Source of the DNA: a virus
Taxonomy: Duplodnaviria; Caudoviricetes
Reading direction: 5' to 3' (one strand)
Virus record (IMG/VR): IMGVR_UViG_3300037067_004891
Location: 256,001 to 320,000 of that record
Length of the DNA stretch: 64,000 bases
The notes under the pieces are model-generated. The model did no database searches. It saw only the letters and a list, made by a program, of their open reading frames with translations, and had not been told where the DNA came from. This document shows, piece after piece, positions 31,400-41,700 of this stretch. Each line of letters opens with the position of its first letter. Within the stretch, counting starts at the first letter, position 1. The position numbers and the translations under genes were made by a program.

Positions 31400-31822
31400 T
31401 TATAAAGTTTTATAGTGCCATCTGACATACATTAATAAAACTCCAAGCATATTGTGACCTCTACCATTACAAACACCCCAAAACGTATCACCCCAATCAT
31501 TACCTTCGACTATAAAAACATCTCCAGTGGCGAGTAGTTTTTGTTTTAATTCTTCCTTTTGAAACTTCAGCATTAATAAATTCTTCATCAATGGTACTCG
31601 AACATCAGCCCAGTCATCTCTATATTTTATTGTTTTACCAAAACTTTTTGCACACTTGGTTGTCATTTTAGAAACTATTATTCGAGTGTTTTCATTGGTT
31701 GTTTTACAAGCCTGATATGCGTGTTCAGTTGAAGAATATAATATCCCTTCATATTCTATATCAACTGGATAAAAATTCGATAAAAATTTATACTCACCTC
31801 TAAACTGTAAAATCTGGGTCAT
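31400..31822 (-). CDS. NADAR family protein (YbiA-like)
   Basis: FLSNFY, STEHAYQACK, KF..L..LLATG, EGNDWGDTFWG, G.NMLG..LM.VR. Confidence 0.92.
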   Translation of the reverse strand: MTQILQFRGEYKFLSNFYPVDIEYEGILYSSTEHAYQACKTTNENTRIIVSKMTTKCAKSFGKTIKYRDDWADVRVPLMKNLLMLKFQKEELKQKLLATGDVFIVEGNDWGDTFWGVCNGRGHNMLGVLLMYVRWHYKTL

Positions 31823-31848
31823 CTTCTACATTACATTTTAAATTCATT

Positions 31849-32231
31849 ATGAACTACCACTAAACCAAAAAATTTAGTGATTTCAGAAACTAATAGTTTC
31901 TTCTCTTTAAATGATTCACAGACTGTGCTTTATATAAAGCTAAAAAGCTTAAAGTCTTATTTTATCTCCACATAATCAGTCATCCCAACTGATATTAATT
32001 TTTAATTCAAAAACATATTCATTTCTAATAGGCTCTGACTAACAACATATTAAGTGATGGTTTTATTACTTTTATGATTTTATTTTAACTAAGTTTTTAG
32101 TTGAAAAACAGACAAATCAAAGAACTTAAAATAAAAACATATTTTATATATTAAAATGTTTTGATTTTGTTTTAAATTTTTGAAATTCATTCACGAAACT
32201 AAAGATTTCGTGGTATTCTTTTATAAAAAAT
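31849..32231 (-). mobile_element. Miniature IS200/IS605 derivative with both ends, a reRNA-like 3' region and no tnpB ORF
   Basis: Right end atgaactaccactaaa..tttagtg; left end tgaaattcattcacgaaactaaagatttcgtgg..aaaaat then ataaa. Confidence 0.8.
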
Positions 32232-32328
32232 ATAAAAAAGTTTAAAAAAAAACTTTATATTATATGTTAAAAAAATAAAGTCCAAAAAATATTTTTAATA
32301 TATAGTAAAAATAAAATAATAAAATAAT

Positions 32329-32757
32329 ATGAAAACATTGAAAAATTTTATAAAATTTAATGAATCTTTGCATAATGATTTATTAAATATTACAACTCCA
32401 ATTAATAAATATAATACAGAAAACAAAGAATTAATAACAAAATTACAATATACTATTACTTGTGCAGAAAAATATAAACATTCTTTTTTCTGGCACTCAT
32501 CTACATCAGCTTCCCAAAGAAGATCAAACGAAAACAAATTTACCGATTTATATAAAGATTATGAATTTAAATATAATGGAGATAATTATGAAGTGAAATT
32601 TAGTTATAGCGAATCAGCACACAACGTTTATTTTTCATTAAATATTTATAAAAACGGTAGTAAAAGTAATATAACAGTAATTAAAAATATATTAAAAAAA
32701 CTCACAGACCTTAAAGAAATAAGAAAAGAAAAAATTAAATCTTTAGAGAAAAAATAA
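32329..32757 (+). CDS. Hypothetical protein with both the leader and the C-terminal tag
   Basis: MKTLKNFIKFNES ... EIRKEKIKSL. Confidence 0.65.
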   Translation: MKTLKNFIKFNESLHNDLLNITTPINKYNTENKELITKLQYTITCAEKYKHSFFWHSSTSASQRRSNENKFTDLYKDYEFKYNGDNYEVKFSYSESAHNVYFSLNIYKNGSKSNITVIKNILKKLTDLKEIRKEKIKSLEKK

Positions 32758-32766
32758 TTTTTTATT

Positions 32767-33237
32767 TCATTTATAATTTTCATCTTGAATAATACCATAT
32801 TTATGAAAATATCTCAGTGGTCTCCATTTATGTCCATTAACATAAAACCCCCATTTATGATAAGGACGACTACAAAGTAATATAGTCCATGCACCACCTT
32901 TAGGAATGTCAAGATAATGCTTTTGTTCAGCTTTCATCCTACGAGGTTTCCACGCAACCGCTTTATATCTTACTGGGTTTCCGTTTTCATCGGGCATCAC
33001 ATTATAATAATAACCCTTTATAATAATTGATATTAAATCACAGGAATGGTCATGAAAAAATCTTCTGTCATCTGATCTGAGCCAATGATGAAGTCTGATA
33101 GTAAAACCAAAAAATATTAAAGACCAGCGATATAAATAAGGACACTCTGGACGACCCAAAGCCTCTTTTATTCTTATCTGGAAAATCTTTCCAAATAGAT
33201 GTTTTTCGTGGTCTTTATATACTATTAGTTTTTTCAT
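32767..33237 (-). CDS. Cupin-like protein
   Basis: LHHWLRSDD..HDHS, GYY, distal H, WTI, WGF. Confidence 0.6.
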   Translation of the reverse strand: MKKLIVYKDHEKHLFGKIFQIRIKEALGRPECPYLYRWSLIFFGFTIRLHHWLRSDDRRFFHDHSCDLISIIIKGYYYNVMPDENGNPVRYKAVAWKPRRMKAEQKHYLDIPKGGAWTILLCSRPYHKWGFYVNGHKWRPLRYFHKYGIIQDENYK

Positions 33238-33239
33238 TT

Positions 33240-33833
33240 TTAATTAATCTTCTTCATTTTTAATTTTTTCATTAATATAATAGTTTCTTCTTTTAATTTG
33301 TTGAATTTTTCTAATTCTTCTTCTGTTAAATTAAAATTAGATAAATCTATTTTTTGAGAAAATAATATATTCTCAATATCTGCTTGGTCTTGTTTACTAA
33401 ATCTACCTAATTTAGAAAAAATTAAACCTTCTGGTGATGCAACACAAATGTTATTATTTTTAATGGCGGTTTTAAAAATCTGTTTTGCTAAATCATCTCT
33501 AAGATTTATGGATTGTGGTGTAATAACTTCAACTTCAACATGAGTCTTATTATGCTGAAATGCACCATTCCGAGTTTTTTTAAATCCCTTTAATGATAAT
33601 GGTATATCATTTTTTGTTAAAAATAACATATCAACATCTTGTGTCATTCGAGGTGTAACATAATATGATAATGCAATGCCACCAATTAATACACAGTTAT
33701 CCACATTAAGTGTTATCCAATCTTCTAAAGCTTTAATAACTTCAACATGAACTATTGATTCAAATAATGTTCTATTACCATCATTTGGTGTTTTCATTTT
33801 ATCAATCCTAAATTTATTATATTCAGTTATCAT
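33240..33833 (-). CDS. Minimal nucleotidyltransferase (Pol-beta fold)
   Basis: LIGGIAL..PRMTQDVD, EGLIFSK..R..QD..DI. Confidence 0.75.
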   Translation of the reverse strand: MITEYNKFRIDKMKTPNDGNRTLFESIVHVEVIKALEDWITLNVDNCVLIGGIALSYYVTPRMTQDVDMLFLTKNDIPLSLKGFKKTRNGAFQHNKTHVEVEVITPQSINLRDDLAKQIFKTAIKNNNICVASPEGLIFSKLGRFSKQDQADIENILFSQKIDLSNFNLTEEELEKFNKLKEETIILMKKLKMKKIN

Positions 33834-33843
33834 ATGGGTTTTT

Positions 33844-34389
33844 TCATTTAATAATTTTAATAATCATAAATGGTTGTGACTTATATTCCTCAACAAAAGA
33901 ATAATCAGTCAACATTTTCAGATAATAATTTTTATCTTCTAACCATTTTCTGAATCGAACCTGATGTTCCGAATTCTTAATTGTCCATGTTGGGTGTGTC
34001 AAAGAAACTATACTACCACCGACCTTCAAAAATTTATACATATGCATGATGTGTTCAACATCAATATTATCCTTAAAATTCGGACAAGCAATAATATAAT
34101 CATAACGTTTTTCAGTGACAAATTTAAAAAAATCCTCACCAACAACATTATAACCTTTTTGTTTTAATTGATTTCTTAATTCCTGATTTAATTCGATACA
34201 ATCGATGTTAAAGTCGTAAAATGTATTATATTGGATTATACCATCGATTAAATCACCAGAACCAGCAGAGGGTTCTAAAATAGATATACAGTCAAAACCA
34301 CCAGAAAAACGACATTCGTTGAGAATTTGCTTCACAACATTTATACTCGTTTTTCTGATGGTTTTTTCCATATCTTTATTATTAAACAT
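33844..34389 (-). CDS. SAM-dependent methyltransferase (amino-MTase-like; NPPF replaced by CPNF)
   Basis: ILEPSAGSG, DCIELN, EDF, YDYIIACPNF, LKVGG. Confidence 0.75.
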   Translation of the reverse strand: MFNNKDMEKTIRKTSINVVKQILNECRFSGGFDCISILEPSAGSGDLIDGIIQYNTFYDFNIDCIELNQELRNQLKQKGYNVVGEDFFKFVTEKRYDYIIACPNFKDNIDVEHIMHMYKFLKVGGSIVSLTHPTWTIKNSEHQVRFRKWLEDKNYYLKMLTDYSFVEEYKSQPFMIIKIIK

Positions 34390-34449
34390 TTAGTCAATCA
34401 TTTGATTGTGCAGTAATCACCACGAGCAGGTAGTTTAACTTTGATTACT

Positions 34450-34637
34450 TCAGTTTGGGACGAGTCGAACATCCGACCTCACACAAGTAACATCTGAAAT
34501 AACCACCTTACATATTCTGGGATTTGTCCGTGTCAATTACTCACCAACTCCACCCTTAATAATATAATTAGGCTATTTCATCTGTCCAATCCGCTAAGAC
34601 TGATGTGTGCGCTCTGAACCAACTGAGCTACAAACCG
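34450..34637 (-). tRNA. tRNA-like gene with a 120-nt insert replacing the anticodon loop (intron-containing tRNA or tRNA-scaffolded ncRNA); no encoded CCA
   Basis: Acceptor CGGTTTG/CAAACTG, D arm GCTC-AGTTGGTTCA-GAGC, stem CACAC/GTGTG, AGGTC, T arm GGATG-TTCGACT-CGTCC. Confidence 0.8.
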
Positions 34638-34753
34638 TTTTTACAAAATTTAAAAGAACTTTATTTTTTGTTATTGTTACGTAAAGTAATTTTTAAAGTT
34701 TCAAAAATAATCATTAAAATATTATAAAAAAATTATTTAACATATTTTAATAA

Positions 34754-35107
34754 TTATTCGAAATAAACTCTATCATTCCATACCACACTTCTGTGTTTAC
34801 ATTTAAGACCAGAATATAAACATCTTGGAATTTCATCATCTCTTGTAAAAGTCAATAATCTCATCGGATTATCTGCATATTCACCACACTTTGAACAATG
34901 AACACCAGATAATATTACACCAGATGCATCTTTACGACCATCTTTTAATACAATCCAACAACTATTATCACCTTCATAATATGTAGTATAATATACATTT
35001 ATATCATGTTTCCCATCCAATGACTTTTCGGTTGCTTTATGGTTTGTTTTAGATGGGTCTGGTGTAGTTAGGAATAATAAAAAAAATATACTTATAATAA
35101 TTTTCAT
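34754..35107 (-). CDS. Small secreted/membrane Cys-rich protein
   Basis: Signal-like N-terminus, CxxC. Confidence 0.5.
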   Translation of the reverse strand: MKIIISIFFLLFLTTPDPSKTNHKATEKSLDGKHDINVYYTTYYEGDNSCWIVLKDGRKDASGVILSGVHCSKCGEYADNPMRLLTFTRDDEIPRCLYSGLKCKHRSVVWNDRVYFE

Positions 35108-35134
35108 AATTAAATTTTATTTTTTAAGAATTTA

Positions 35135-35464
35135 TTAACACCAACAGGACATATCATCAATTTTCGATAATAACGTTTTATCTTCAATGAGTGATATATC
35201 AAACCCTGTTAATGATCGTAAATCGAATTTAGGGTCTCTATCAAATTTTGTTGCCCAATAACCAACTTCGTTAGCCTCAACCAGAAGTTTATTATCATCA
35301 GTTATTTGAATATTTTCCACATTAAAATAATGAGTTTTAGTTTCAAAAACGACTTTAACTTTGTTATCTCTAATAACATTATCATCCGTAATAAATGTTA
35401 TAACAGTACCTAATATTTTCTGAATACTGGTCGTTTTAATTTTACCTATTAGTTTTTCTTCCAT
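35135..35464 (-). CDS. Hypothetical protein
   Basis: ORF in operon. Confidence 0.55.
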   Translation of the reverse strand: MEEKLIGKIKTTSIQKILGTVITFITDDNVIRDNKVKVVFETKTHYFNVENIQITDDNKLLVEANEVGYWATKFDRDPKFDLRSLTGFDISLIEDKTLLSKIDDMSCWC

Positions 35465-35485
35465 GATATATTTATTATTTAAAAA

Positions 35486-35785
35486 TTAGTCTCTTAACCA
35501 CGCATAAACACCTTTCATTTGATATGAATCAGATTCTGGTGTTTGATTATCAACATCTGAAAATAAAAATTTAAATCCTTTATGTCTACTTGAATTTAAA
35601 ATTTCATCTATTTTAATAGTTTCCAATGGAACTCCTACTGATTTAGCAAATTGCACGGATACTTTATAGGCATCAATAATATTAACAGCACCACCACCAA
35701 AATATCCCAATACCCAAATATTTTTCTTTGTCTCAGTATCATAATATTTATTGAAATCCCCGTGTGTTCTAATATTATATGACAT
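35486..35785 (-). CDS. Hypothetical protein
   Basis: ORF in operon. Confidence 0.55.
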   Translation of the reverse strand: MSYNIRTHGDFNKYYDTETKKNIWVLGYFGGGAVNIIDAYKVSVQFAKSVGVPLETIKIDEILNSSRHKGFKFLFSDVDNQTPESDSYQMKGVYAWLRD

Positions 35786-35786
35786 A

Positions 35787-36116
35787 TTATTTTTTTGGGT
35801 AATTTATACGTAATATATTTCTAAAAAGTTGTATATAAAATTTTTTTCTGGTATCAACATTAGTAACAGGATAACTTTCAACAGTTATAATTTTTTTATT
35901 ATTCCAACAATCATTATCCATTTTTGTCCAGACCACACATATTCGAGAATTTCGTGTATCATTACACAAATTGAAACATTTCCACGTTCCACCATATATT
36001 TTTCGATACCATTTTTTATTAACTTTTGATGATTTCCAATATAAATTTTCTTGTTTTCGTAATAAATCAATATCTTCAACTGTTAATAAATTTGTTTTTT
36101 CGAGTTTGGTGTTCAT
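35787..36116 (-). CDS. Hypothetical protein
   Basis: ORF in operon. Confidence 0.5.
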   Translation of the reverse strand: MNTKLEKTNLLTVEDIDLLRKQENLYWKSSKVNKKWYRKIYGGTWKCFNLCNDTRNSRICVVWTKMDNDCWNNKKIITVESYPVTNVDTRKKFYIQLFRNILRINYPKK

Positions 36117-36195
36117 TTAATTTTATTTAAAACTGGGATAAAAATAATAAAAAAATATTAATTTTATTAATATATACAAAAAAATAATTGTTTAT

Positions 36196-36564
36196 ATGAA
36201 ACATTTAAAATTATTCGAAGAATTTCAAATACATAATAGTGATAATACATCAAAGTTACAGATTGGTGATTTGGTTTGGGCAAAAGACATGGGTATGCGT
36301 GGTTTAGTAGGTTTAGTAGTTTCCGAACCAAGACAAGATGCAGATGATATTACAGTATATGACATATATTATAGAGGTTTAAAAGGTGATGTTATTGAAA
36401 CTCCAGAAGTTGAAATTAAAGATATTATTGAAGCTGATGAATTATTCAATGCTGAAAGTAATGGTGATTTAATGCATTATCCAAATATCGCTAAAAAACT
36501 AAATATTACAATCAATCCAAAATATCAGCAATATCTTACTGATGTTCAAGAAGAAAATATGTAA
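36196..36564 (+). CDS. Putative internal virion protein (SH3/KOW-like) with leader
   Basis: MKHLKLFEEF; LQIGDLV; TAATATATA at 36168. Confidence 0.6.
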   Translation: MKHLKLFEEFQIHNSDNTSKLQIGDLVWAKDMGMRGLVGLVVSEPRQDADDITVYDIYYRGLKGDVIETPEVEIKDIIEADELFNAESNGDLMHYPNIAKKLNITINPKYQQYLTDVQEENM

Positions 36565-36567
36565 TTT

Positions 36568-36801
36568 ATGAGAAAATATATAAAAACATTCGAATCATTA
36601 ACAGACGATAGTTCTCGTTTTGAACTTGGAACACCTGTTGTCTATACCGTAGAAACTGGATACCCATTAAGATTACAAGAATTATCGGGTGAGATAGTTA
36701 AAGAAAATGGTATAAAAGGAATATCCTTATATTTACAAGCCGATCAACACTCTTTTATCGTACCCGATGATTGGTCAAAAGTTAAAAAGTTTTCTGAATA
36801 A
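36568..36801 (+). CDS. Small protein with leader
   Basis: MRKYIKTFES ... KVKKFSE. Confidence 0.55.
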   Translation: MRKYIKTFESLTDDSSRFELGTPVVYTVETGYPLRLQELSGEIVKENGIKGISLYLQADQHSFIVPDDWSKVKKFSE

Positions 36802-36829
36802 AAAAGGCGTGAAATTCACGCCTTTTTTT
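36800..36829. terminator. Bidirectional intrinsic terminator
   Basis: aaaaaaggcgtgaa-a-ttcacgcctttttt. Confidence 0.8.
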
Positions 36830-36843
36830 AATTATTGATTTTA

Positions 36844-37215
36844 TTAAAAAGCAATATTATACTTTTTTAACTCACCAATTTTAGAATTTTCAATTTTCTG
36901 ACCTATTGGCGTTTTAAAAAATAAATGTGAACCAACCACAATAATGTCTTTATCACAAAATTTATTATCAGGGTGTGAAATAATTATTTCATCCCGAACA
37001 CCATTAGTGTATAATCTAACTCTTACAGATTTAGGATTAATCTTAACATAAGGATTAACACCAAAAACTGATAAAACCACACCATCATCAAACTGATAAT
37101 ATTGTTTCTCCATAAGAGCAAGAAGAAAGGTTAGTAACTTGGTTATTGCGATTTGCGAATAACCGTTTTCGCTTAGATACGAGCGAAGTGAGAACAAATT
37201 TGTTCTATCATTCAT
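36844..37215 (-). CDS. Hypothetical protein
   Basis: ORF. Confidence 0.5.
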   Translation of the reverse strand: MNDRTNLFSLRSYLSENGYSQIAITKLLTFLLALMEKQYYQFDDGVVLSVFGVNPYVKINPKSVRVRLYTNGVRDEIIISHPDNKFCDKDIIVVGSHLFFKTPIGQKIENSKIGELKKYNIAF

Positions 37216-37298
37216 GTTTTTACTTTTTAAGGGTAGTAATACCCAGTTAATACCAGCTTATACTAATATTTGAGAATGTGAAAATATGAAAAATAAAT

Positions 37299-38732
37299 TT
37301 AATATCCTAATTTTTTAATATTATTTTTAAATTCTTCTTCTATTTTATTTCCTTTTGAACTATTTAAATATTTTTTAGTCCAACATAAATTATTCGGATT
37401 AGATGCTTCCTCTATACTAATACCTTCTATAAAACATTCAAATAAAGATTTTTTATGGTCAATAGTTGGATATAATTTACTTGTAGGGTGAAATGAAAAA
37501 TTATTTTTGATGTAATAATCATCATAATAATCATATCCGTCCCAATCGTTTATTAGTTGTTTTTTAATTTTCTTAATATACGTATTGTTCGAATTTCTAT
37601 ATTTTCTAAATTTTGATATATTTTCTTCCAATACCCAAACGTTGTTTAATTCATTTGTTTTTCTTATCTTATTTTTTATTTCCACAGATTGAAATGGGTT
37701 TTTAAAACCAAATTTTTCTATATTAGTTTTAATCCTTTTTATATCACCACATTTTTTACAACCACAACCACGTAGATGAATATTAGAAGATTGTTTAAAT
37801 TTTCCATGTATTGGGCATATAATAACACTTTTGGTAGTATTGTTTATATAAATAAATTCAGAATAATCATAAAAAACCCCATGAACTTTATTTGAGTTTA
37901 ATTTAAAATCTTCATAAGTTAATACACACCCAGCGCATTTTGGACAATTTGTGTTTTGATTTATAAAATTATCATAAGTTGCTATCCATTCATACCCATC
38001 AATATCACATTTTAAATATATTTTTGAATCAACATTTTCATGAATATACGGATATAATAAAGTATACTTTTTTTCTTTACATTTATTGTAAATTTTCATA
38101 TTTGTATATTCAGATGATAATTTTAACTTACCGCCACATTTTGGACAACCCTGTTTTAAATTTATAAAATTATCATAAGATATATTCCATTCATATCCAT
38201 CAATATCACATTTTAAATAAATTCTTGAATCAATATTTTCATGAATATATGGCTGTAATAATGTATAATTTTTTTCTTTACATTTAGTTAAAATTTTAAG
38301 TTCAGTTTCTTCTTGTGTTAATTTTAATTTACCACTGCATTTATGACAATTTCTATCTTTATTTATAAAATTTTTATAACTTGAAACCCATTCATATTCA
38401 TCAATATCGCATTTTAAATATATTTTTGAATCAACATTTTCATGAATATATGGCTGTAATAATGTATAATTTTTTTCTTTACATTTAGTTAAAATTTTTC
38501 CTTCTGCTACTTCCTGTGTCAACTTTAACGAACCACCACACTTTGGACACCCAACATTTCTCATAAAATTTTTATAAGATATATTCCATTCATACCCATC
38601 AATTTTACATTTTAAATTTATTCTCGAATTCCCATTATCATGAAAATATGGTTTTAATAAAATATAATTTTTTTCTTTACATTTATTTAAAACATTTACT
38701 TCTGCTACTTCTTGTAATATTTTTGATGGCAT
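37299..38732 (-). CDS. Putative homing endonuclease with Zn-finger repeats and a C-terminal HNH-like domain
   Basis: Four LKCxIDxYEW..CxKC repeats; ICPIHG; PTIDHK..NNL..N. Confidence 0.75.
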   Translation of the reverse strand: MPSKILQEVAEVNVLNKCKEKNYILLKPYFHDNGNSRINLKCKIDGYEWNISYKNFMRNVGCPKCGGSLKLTQEVAEGKILTKCKEKNYTLLQPYIHENVDSKIYLKCDIDEYEWVSSYKNFINKDRNCHKCSGKLKLTQEETELKILTKCKEKNYTLLQPYIHENIDSRIYLKCDIDGYEWNISYDNFINLKQGCPKCGGKLKLSSEYTNMKIYNKCKEKKYTLLYPYIHENVDSKIYLKCDIDGYEWIATYDNFINQNTNCPKCAGCVLTYEDFKLNSNKVHGVFYDYSEFIYINNTTKSVIICPIHGKFKQSSNIHLRGCGCKKCGDIKRIKTNIEKFGFKNPFQSVEIKNKIRKTNELNNVWVLEENISKFRKYRNSNNTYIKKIKKQLINDWDGYDYYDDYYIKNNFSFHPTSKLYPTIDHKKSLFECFIEGISIEEASNPNNLCWTKKYLNSSKGNKIEEEFKNNIKKLGY

Positions 38733-38735
38733 TTA

Positions 38736-41700
38736 TTAATTTAATTTTTTAATTTCCCTTTTCAATTCTGATAAATCACCCAACCAAATTTCTTGTATAG
38801 TTTTTTTAGAATATTCTTCTAAATCTTTTAATTTATCCGATAATTGGTTTTTTAAATTATCATATTTTTCTTTAGATAGTGAATATATAACCATGTTTAA
38901 CAAGTAATCATAAGAATTATCTAACTTATCAAGCTTATTATTTTCACACTCTTGTTCAATATATTCTTTATTCTTATTAGATATCAAAATTTTATTATTA
39001 ATAATCAAATCAATAAAATTACATCTGTTTGTTAATATTTGGATATCCTTGTTTATTTTTCCAATTATATTCTGCCTACGTTGTTCATAAAAAGGTAAAC
39101 GGTTAATATAAAATTCATTAATTATATCATATACAGTATCATATTTTTTTATTTTACTATTTATATCAAATAAATGCATATTAGACATATTTATCCTCGA
39201 TGTTAATTGAAATAAATCATATAATTTATCATCTTTTATTGGATATTCTTTTGATAAATTGATTATTATATTAACGTCATCATCATTACATTTTTTAATA
39301 TAATTTTTAATGATTTTATTATCAATCAATTTATCTAAAAAATTATAGTAATTTTCATTCCAAGTACCAACTGGTAATTCAGTAATATTTAATTGATTAT
39401 CGTTAATTCTATTTATAATACCAGTTGTGATACAATTATCAACAGCTTCATCATATTGGATTTTACCTTTAAATTTATTATAAAAAGGTGTTAGGGTTAT
39501 ATTTTTTTTCTTATCTTTTAATTTATTTTCTAAATAAACAATCAAATCGTTTATATTAAATTTAGGTATAGTTGTTGAAAAACCCGTGCCTATCCCATTA
39601 CACCCGTTCACAAGTATTAAACATATACAAGGGATATAATATTGTGGTTCAACTATTTTACCATCCGATTCTAAATAATTTAAAAGTTCTTTATCAGAGT
39701 CTTTGAATATTGTTTTTGTTATTTGTCTTAATTCAGTATGAATATATCTTGCAGCAGCACTATCTTCACCACCATGTAACCGTGTTCCAAAACTACCAAT
39801 AGGTTCTATTAATGGCAAATTATTCGAACCCACGAAATCTTGCGCCATAGTTATTATAGCTTCTTCTAATGATTGTGGGCCATGATTGTAAATAGCAATG
39901 GACTTAACATACCCAAATAATTCTCCAACATTAATTTCACCACTTTTGTTTAATTTTAATAATGTGTATAATATTTTTCTTTGACTGGGTTTCAAACCAT
40001 CCATAATATTAGGAACGTTACGCACAACATCAAAAAGAGAATATTCTATAAATTCATTATTCATAAAACTTTCATAAGTGGTCTTTTGGGATAACTTATC
40101 AAAATTATTGTTGATATCATATTCACCCATCCATTTTTTTCTATCGTCAGCCCTGTTTTTTCTAAAAGCTAAATCAATTACATCTTTTGTTTTTTCTGGA
40201 TTAGTATAATGAAATTTAATTAAATGTTTATCTATATTTTCAAAAACCATTTTAACTTCATCCTTACTAAGAGTACCCAAACCTTTAAAATGTTTTATAG
40301 TATAACCCGTTAAATCATTAGTATCTTTCCATTTATCATAATCTTTTATTTTATAAAAATACTTATGCTTGCCATTTTTTGTTATTCTTAATATAGGGGT
40401 TATAAACTCATACATAAAATTATTCAATAGAGAAGGAAAGAACATTTCTATGTAATTTAAAATCAAACCTTTGATGTGATACCCATCACAATCGGCATCC
40501 GTCATTAATACCAGTTTACCATACCTTAATGACGAAGTATCAGTATATTTTTTACCATATTCCAATCCCAATATTTGTGCTATATTAGAAAGTTCTTCGT
40601 TTTGTTTTAATTTTGAAATAGATATATCACGAACATTTATCGGCTTTCCTTTTATTGGAAAAGACCCATAGTAATCTCTACCTGTATATTTAAACCCAGA
40701 TACTGCAAAACTTGATGCACTATCACCTTCAGTAATAAATAGAAAACATTTATCTGATTCTTTTGTGCCAGCTTTATTAGCATCTACTAATTTTTGAACT
40801 TTTGGTGTTTTATTATTTTTATTCTGAACTGATTTTTTTAAAGCTAATTGTTCTTTAAGTTCAATATAATCTAAAATTTCCTGAGTAATATCAGATTTCA
40901 GTATTTTCTTAATAAAATTATCAGAAATTTCAACGTCTTTAAAAGTTGACACTTTTGTATTTAATATTTCTTTAACCTGACTATCAAATTCTGGATTAAA
41001 AATTTTTGAATTTAAAAATAAAAATATTTTTGACTTAATATCATTAGGGTTTATTTCAAACTTATTTCCTCTTGAAAGAGAAACTTTTAATTTACTTGTA
41101 ATTTGATTTATAATATAATTAACATGTGTTCCCCCTTGTAAGGTTGCTAATCCATTAACTAATGAAATTTGTTCGAATGAATCAGTTGATGTTTTCATAA
41201 TACCAACTTCCCAGAAATCATTTATTTTTTCATAAATAATTTCTTGATCATCTGGCATGAACAATTTCATATAATCTTTAAAAGTTTTAATATTAATCAA
41301 GTTATTATTAAAATATACTTTGACATTCGGATTATAAGCAGCTATATCAATGGTTCTTTTTATCATTACGGATTTGATATCATCAGTTAATTCAGTGAAC
41401 CCAAACCGTTCATAATCTGGTAAAAAAGATATTTTGGTAAACTTCTTAGAAGTTGCTCTGATATGAGGTTTTGGTAATTTACCCTTTTTATCTGTTGATA
41501 AATTATCGGTGAATACTTGTTTATAATAATTTTTTCCATCGGCAGTTTCAACCATGAACTCTTTGGAGAATATATTACATGCCTTAGAACCAATTCCATT
41601 ACGCCCACCCCCAATACGTTGTTCTGTATCATCATAATTTTCGCCAGTTAAAAGATGACCAAAAATTAATTCAGGAACATATACTTTTTCGTCCTTATGT

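Noticed and set aside
34485-34604. Group I intron or suppressor tRNA assignment
   Set aside because: The insert is too short and lacks a recognisable P7 core; no canonical anticodon loop can be rebuilt, so no isotype is claimed
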